Shown here one piece after another: positions 34,332 to 39,275 of a stretch of 39,275 nt of DNA. Made by a program: the position numbers and the translations under genes. The DNA is from Octopus bimaculoides (Eukaryota). Below the pieces are notes generated by a model. The model worked only from the letters and a program-made list of their open reading frames with translations. It was not told where the DNA came from and did not search any database. The stretch lies in assembly GCF_001194135.2 (NCBI RefSeq), contig NC_068983.1:49139371-49178645 (forward strand), in the 5' to 3' direction. Numbering within the stretch: the first letter of the stretch is position 1; each line of letters starts with the position of its first letter.

Positions 34332-34510
34332 GGGTAGGTTCTAAGTCGCTTACATCGACCTTAGTGTTCAGCTGGAACGTATTTTATCGACCCCGAAAGG
34401 ATGAAAGGCAAAATTGATCTCTGTGGATTTGAACACAGAATGTAAAGATAGACGAAAGGGCGCTAAGCATTTTGCCCGGTGCGTTAGCGTTTCTGTCATC
34501 TAGTCGTCTT
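34332..34510 (-). mobile_element. SINE family A
   Basis: atcgaccccgaaaggatgaaaggcaaaattgatc...gctaagcattttgcccggtgcgttagcg. Confidence 0.88.
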
Positions 34511-35517
34511 CCTTACCACCTAAATTAATTAAAATTTGCTGAGAAGTCAGTTTCGTAAAGATATTTGTTATCAGCAGTAGCTGTATATTGATATAGCTAA
34601 AGAGAAACAGAATGAGAGAGAAATCAAAGAGAAAAAATAGCTAGCGTGGCAGAGAGAAAGAGGTCGGCCGTTGAAACACAAAGGTTTGAAACTGCAGAGC
34701 GTTGAATGAGGAACAGAAAGCGAGTGTATAATAGTGATACACAAAAATGCAGCACTGTGGGGATGCTGGAGAACGGACTATAGTTACATACAAAAGCAAA
34801 TGAGCTTGTAAAAACGAGACATGCACACACATATTTACTCAACTATATAATATATAATATATAATGCGCTGAAAAGTATTCGAAGCTTTTTTCATCCATA
34901 AGGCTGAGGATACATATTCTTAGTATGAAACGAACTATGTAGTTGTTGAGCTTAATGCTTAACCTCAAACCGACTCTGGTAGCGTAAAATTATAAACGAA
35001 AATATAAATAGAGCACTAACGTACTATCCGTTTTATAAAATATAATATTGCATTGTCCAATGCGTATCGTTTTCTTATAAGACGGCCATGTCAAATTTGA
35101 GGGAGATCTTTACTACTAACACCAGTAGGTCGAGTGGCAACGTAAAACTTGTTGTTAGCTAAATCAGCTGAATCAGGCAGTCTTGTGCTGTTTTGTCCAG
35201 AAGCACAATAGAATAACAATAGTAGTAATTATTGTAGAAGTAAACATGTTTCTAGTTCTAACAAAGTAACCTGACAAAAATTAAATTCAAAAAAGTACGA
35301 AACACAACAAAACCATAAACAGGATTATCTCGTAAAGATAATTTTAGTTTGTATCTCATCTCATTCTCTTCATTCCCATCTATGTGGCTCACACACAGAC
35401 ACCCACGTGGACACACGCACACACAGATATACAGACACAAATACGCGATGTTCCGTTCTGAATAGCAGAGCACAAAAGAACGCCGTGTAATTTATTTTTA
35501 TTATTAAATAGTATTAA

Positions 35518-36360
35518 AATGCGGTGAGCTGGTAGAATAGTTACAGCGTTGGGAAAAATGCTTTGCCTGATCTATTCGGGCGTTTTGTGTACTAATTACG
35601 GCGCGTTCCACTTTCCCTTATAACCGATCGGGTTTGATGAAATAAGGGTCAGTTAAGAACTGGGTTGAATATAATGGACTAACCCCTCCTTCTAAAATTG
35701 CTAGATTTGTACCAAAATTTGAAACTATTATCAGATAATATTAAAAGGCGGCCGTTACCATGCCGGGCGAAATATTTAGCGGTTTTTCGCCTGCCTTTAC
35801 GTTATGAGTTCAAATTCCGCTGAGGTCGACTATGCCTTTCATCTTTTCGGGCCAATAAATTAAGTAACAGTTGCGTACAGGGTCGATCTAATCAACTGAC
35901 CCCTTCCCCCAAATTTCGGGCCTTGTGCCTTGAGTAGAAAAGTATATTAAAAGGCAGTGAGTTGGTAGAAACGTTAGCACGCCAGGCGAAATGTTTAGCG
36001 GCTTTTCGCCTGTCTTTATGTTCAAATTCTGCCGAGGTCGACTTTGCCTTTCATCCTTTCGGGCCGATAAATTAAGTACCAGTTGCGTACTGGGGTCGAT
36101 CTAATCGACTGGCTCCTTTCCAAAGAATTGCGGGTCTTGTGCCTAGAGTAGAAAAGAATATTAAAAGGCGGTATACTAGCAGAATCGTTAAGGAATTGGA
36201 AAAGTATTTCGCGGTATTTCTTTCGTGTTTTTACGTTCTTGTTTCGAATCCCGATACGGTCGGGATTGCCTTTCATCCATTCATGGTCAATATAGTGAAG
36301 TACTATTCAAGAACTATGACCGACGTAATCGGCTAAAGTTCTCCGTCCTTTCAAATTTTT
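35518..36360 (+). mobile_element. Head-to-tail array of four SINE family A copies
   Basis: Heads at about 35518, 35747, 35953 and 36167; three preceded by the identical ATATTAAAAGGC, the first by GTATTAAAATGC. Confidence 0.88.
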
Positions 36361-36581
36361 AATTGTCTTCCGTTCAAATCGGACGTCATTATTAGAGAAG
36401 ACCTGAAATTTTGGGACATGGGTTACTCGGTCACATCGTCTCAAGTACTTAGCTAGTACTTATTTTGTCGACCCCAAAAAGGATAATAGACAAAGTGGAT
36501 CTCGGTGGGATTAAAAGCATGAAGAGGTAGCAGAACCATTTAAGTGACGGAAAATGCTTTTCCATTATTTACTTCGGATCA

Positions 36582-36992
36582 GGACGGCGATCTGGCAGAA
36601 TCGTTAGCGCGCCGGGTGAAATGCTTTGCGGTACTTCGTCTGTCTTTACGTTCTGAGTTCAAATTCCGCCGAGATCGACTTTGCCTTTCATCCTTTCGGG
36701 GTCGTTAAATTTAGTTCCAGTTACGCACTTTGGTCGATGTAATCGACTTATTCCCTTTGTCTCTTCTTCTTCGTCCCCCTCTATGTTTAGCCCCTTGTGG
36801 GCAATAAAGAAATGAAAACGGTTAGCACGCCGGAAGTAATGCTTAGCGATACTTCGTCTGTCTTTACGTTCTGAGTTCAAATTCTGCCGAGGTCAACTTT
36901 GCCTTTTATCCTTTCGGGATCGATCAATCATGTACCAGTTGCGTACTGGAGCCGATCTAATCGACAGGCCGCCCTCCCCTCCGAAATTTCGT
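36582..36992 (+). mobile_element. SINE family A dimer (long-tail unit followed by a headless unit)
   Basis: Junction gggcaataaagaaatgaaaacggttagcacgcc at about 36813. Confidence 0.9.
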
Positions 36993-38639
36993 AAAAAAGA
37001 TTATTTACCTTGGCTTTTAATTTTATTTCTTGAAATTCCATTTGTCGTCCATAAAATAAGGTATCAATTAAGAGCTGGTAGTGTATTTTATCACGAAACT
37101 CACCTAATAATAGCTCTCCTACCTAAATTAGAAAACACAGGACTATTAAATAATACTGAAATCTGTCGTTCACGTAAAAACCACATGTTCTTGTTGTTCT
37201 AGTAGTATAAACACGTTTATATACGTCTAATCTGGGTACGATAAAGGTACATGTAATTTGAGTAAACGTTTGGAGTAACATCTGTTAAGAAGCTTCAGGA
37301 CATGTGTACTTATAAGTGTGGACTCGAGGAAGGGAAGCTCTAGTGAAGTACGACTTTTAATTAGAGATTTAACGCACATCCATAATATAAGATGGATTAA
37401 ATTCTATGTCAATTTTCTTGACAAATTCTTATAAATATTATAATAAAAGAAACGATGAATGTAGAAAAATGCTATATAAACATTCCCAGATATAAAATCA
37501 AGAAATAAATGATAATGTATATTTTTCAGCTTAAACTTGATTATTTTATTCATCTTCTTTAACAATATACTTTAATACGATTTTGTCCCAAGCATGGCTT
37601 CAGGCCAGTGTAGTATATGGGACAACAAAGAAGGAAAACAAGGAGCCTATTAATTCCAAAGATGTCGACTGAATATCATAGACAAGAAAACAATACTTTG
37701 CTAATGAATTCCGAAAAGTAGAAGTTAAAAAAAAAAAAATAAATAAAATAGCTATAAGAATAAGAGAACTTATGAGTAGGAGTAAGAATATTCGTCTCTG
37801 CAGGAGATGAATGCTATTCTTCTCATGTTCTGTAGTCACCCATCTGTCTAACAGGGTTTTGTTTTATAATGCAAGTATGCCATCCTCATTACGAATACTG
37901 TATAAACAGTATCCCATTCTCCAACTATCTTATTTTCATTGATAAAAGATTGATAAAAGGATTACAAATTACCATTCTGTGCATAAATTATATATTGAGC
38001 ATATATGCAATAATCCTTCGACTATCGCGGTGTTACGTTCCAAAATTCCCTGCGATAAGTAGAAATATTACGGAGGAATCGTCGTAAGCATAAATAATAA
38101 ACCGTGATAAGTGAATCGCGATATGGCGATGGGTTACTATATATTATTTTCTGTGTTTGTAGTTTGACTTCCTGGCAAAATATTAAAAAATTTTCTTTGT
38201 AATGGCACCGAAATTAGTTCAGTTGTTTCGGAGTTCTAAGAATCCCAGTGTCGGACCGTAACCATTAAAAAGGTATCACAAAAGAAGAAAGATAAACCTG
38301 AAAATTGACATAAGTCAATATATGACAGACTAGGAATTCAATTCAATCATTGGAAATGCCTCGCATTATCACGAGATGACGTGAGATCGATTTCACCGAT
38401 CCTAGGCGTTTGTTTATGGACAATGTTTAGTTTTATCGAAACCCAGATGGAACAAAAGCAATGACAGCCTAGCAGAAATTAAGTACTTAGCATGTGAACA
38501 GATTAAGCAAAATTGCTTCAAGGCATTAATCTGGTAATCTACCACTTCTGACAATGCACTACACGTATTGGAAAACGTACAGCATTATCCCATAATAGTT
38601 TTCATCGTTCTGCATGTATAACTACAAACATAATTAGAC

Positions 38640-38968
38640 GCATATGTGTATGTATGTATGTATGTATGCATGTGAATATGTATGTGAGTATGTATGTATG
38701 AATGAATGTATGCATGCATGCATGTACGTTTGTATGTATGTGTGTGTTTGCGCTTGCGTGTGTATGAAACTATGCAATACTTTTTACTCTAAAACATGAA
38801 GACATATATATNNNNNNNNNNCAATACTTTTTACTCTAAAACATGAAGACATATATATTTATGTGTGTGGATATGTGTGTGTGTGTGTGTGTGTGTCTAT
38901 ATAAATATACGCGCATACATATATATATATGATAGGAATATTGAGCACGTTTATGTTTATACACACAC

Positions 38969-39002
<34 letters not shown>

Positions 39003-39227
39003 NNNNNNNNNNTGTATGCATGCATGCATGTACGTTTGTATGTATGTGTGTGTTTGCGCTTGCGTGTGTATGAAACTATGCAATACTTTTTACTCTAAAA
39101 CATGAAGACATATATATTTATGTGTGTGGATATGTGTGTGTGTGTGTGTGTGTGTCTATATAAATATACGCGCATACATATATATATATGATAGGAATAT
39201 TGAGCACGTTTATGTTTATACACACAC

Positions 39228-39275
<48 letters not shown>
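38640..39275. repeat. (TATG)/(TG)/(TA)/(CA) microsatellites, with blocks duplicated across 10-N gaps
   Basis: 39013-39275 repeats about 38708-39002 (ignoring the gap duplication); caatactttttactctaaaacatgaagacatatatat occurs on both sides of the N run at 38812-38821. Confidence 0.92.

Noticed and set aside
37600-37839. Hydrophobic minus-strand ORF resembling a type II membrane anchor
   Set aside because: No ATG, and the hydrophobic stretch derives from an A-rich/poly-A plus strand.

Overview
AT-rich, repeat-dense animal DNA from a gapped draft assembly. The SINE repertoire, microsatellite load and 10-N gaps suggest a coleoid cephalopod, probably Octopus (inference from recalled repeat families, not a search). 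No recognisable protein-coding gene, tRNA, rRNA or CRISPR array is present; most track ORFs come from microsatellites, N gaps or SINEs. The window is dominated by more than 35 copies of tRNA-derived SINEs: family A (about 210 bp, very abundant), B (about 400 bp), C (about 400 bp, with an internal microsatellite) and two mosaic types. It also holds relics of RTE, R4/Dong-like and Penelope-like retrotransposons, one foldback MITE-like element and many simple repeats. I found no new multi-gene or enzymatic system. The best leads are non-coding: a 119-nt imperfect hairpin straddling a candidate exon/5' splice site (13445-13563); family-A SINE concatemers joined repeatedly at the same A-box position; two near-perfect DR1 nuclear-receptor sites; an AG|GTAAGT recursive-splice-like site; a hammerhead-like relic; a perfect 28-bp-arm palindrome; two telomere-like tracts with a shared motif at matching distance; and a phase-compatible minus-strand exon pair. 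Repeat boundaries are estimated by eye (about +/-10 nt).
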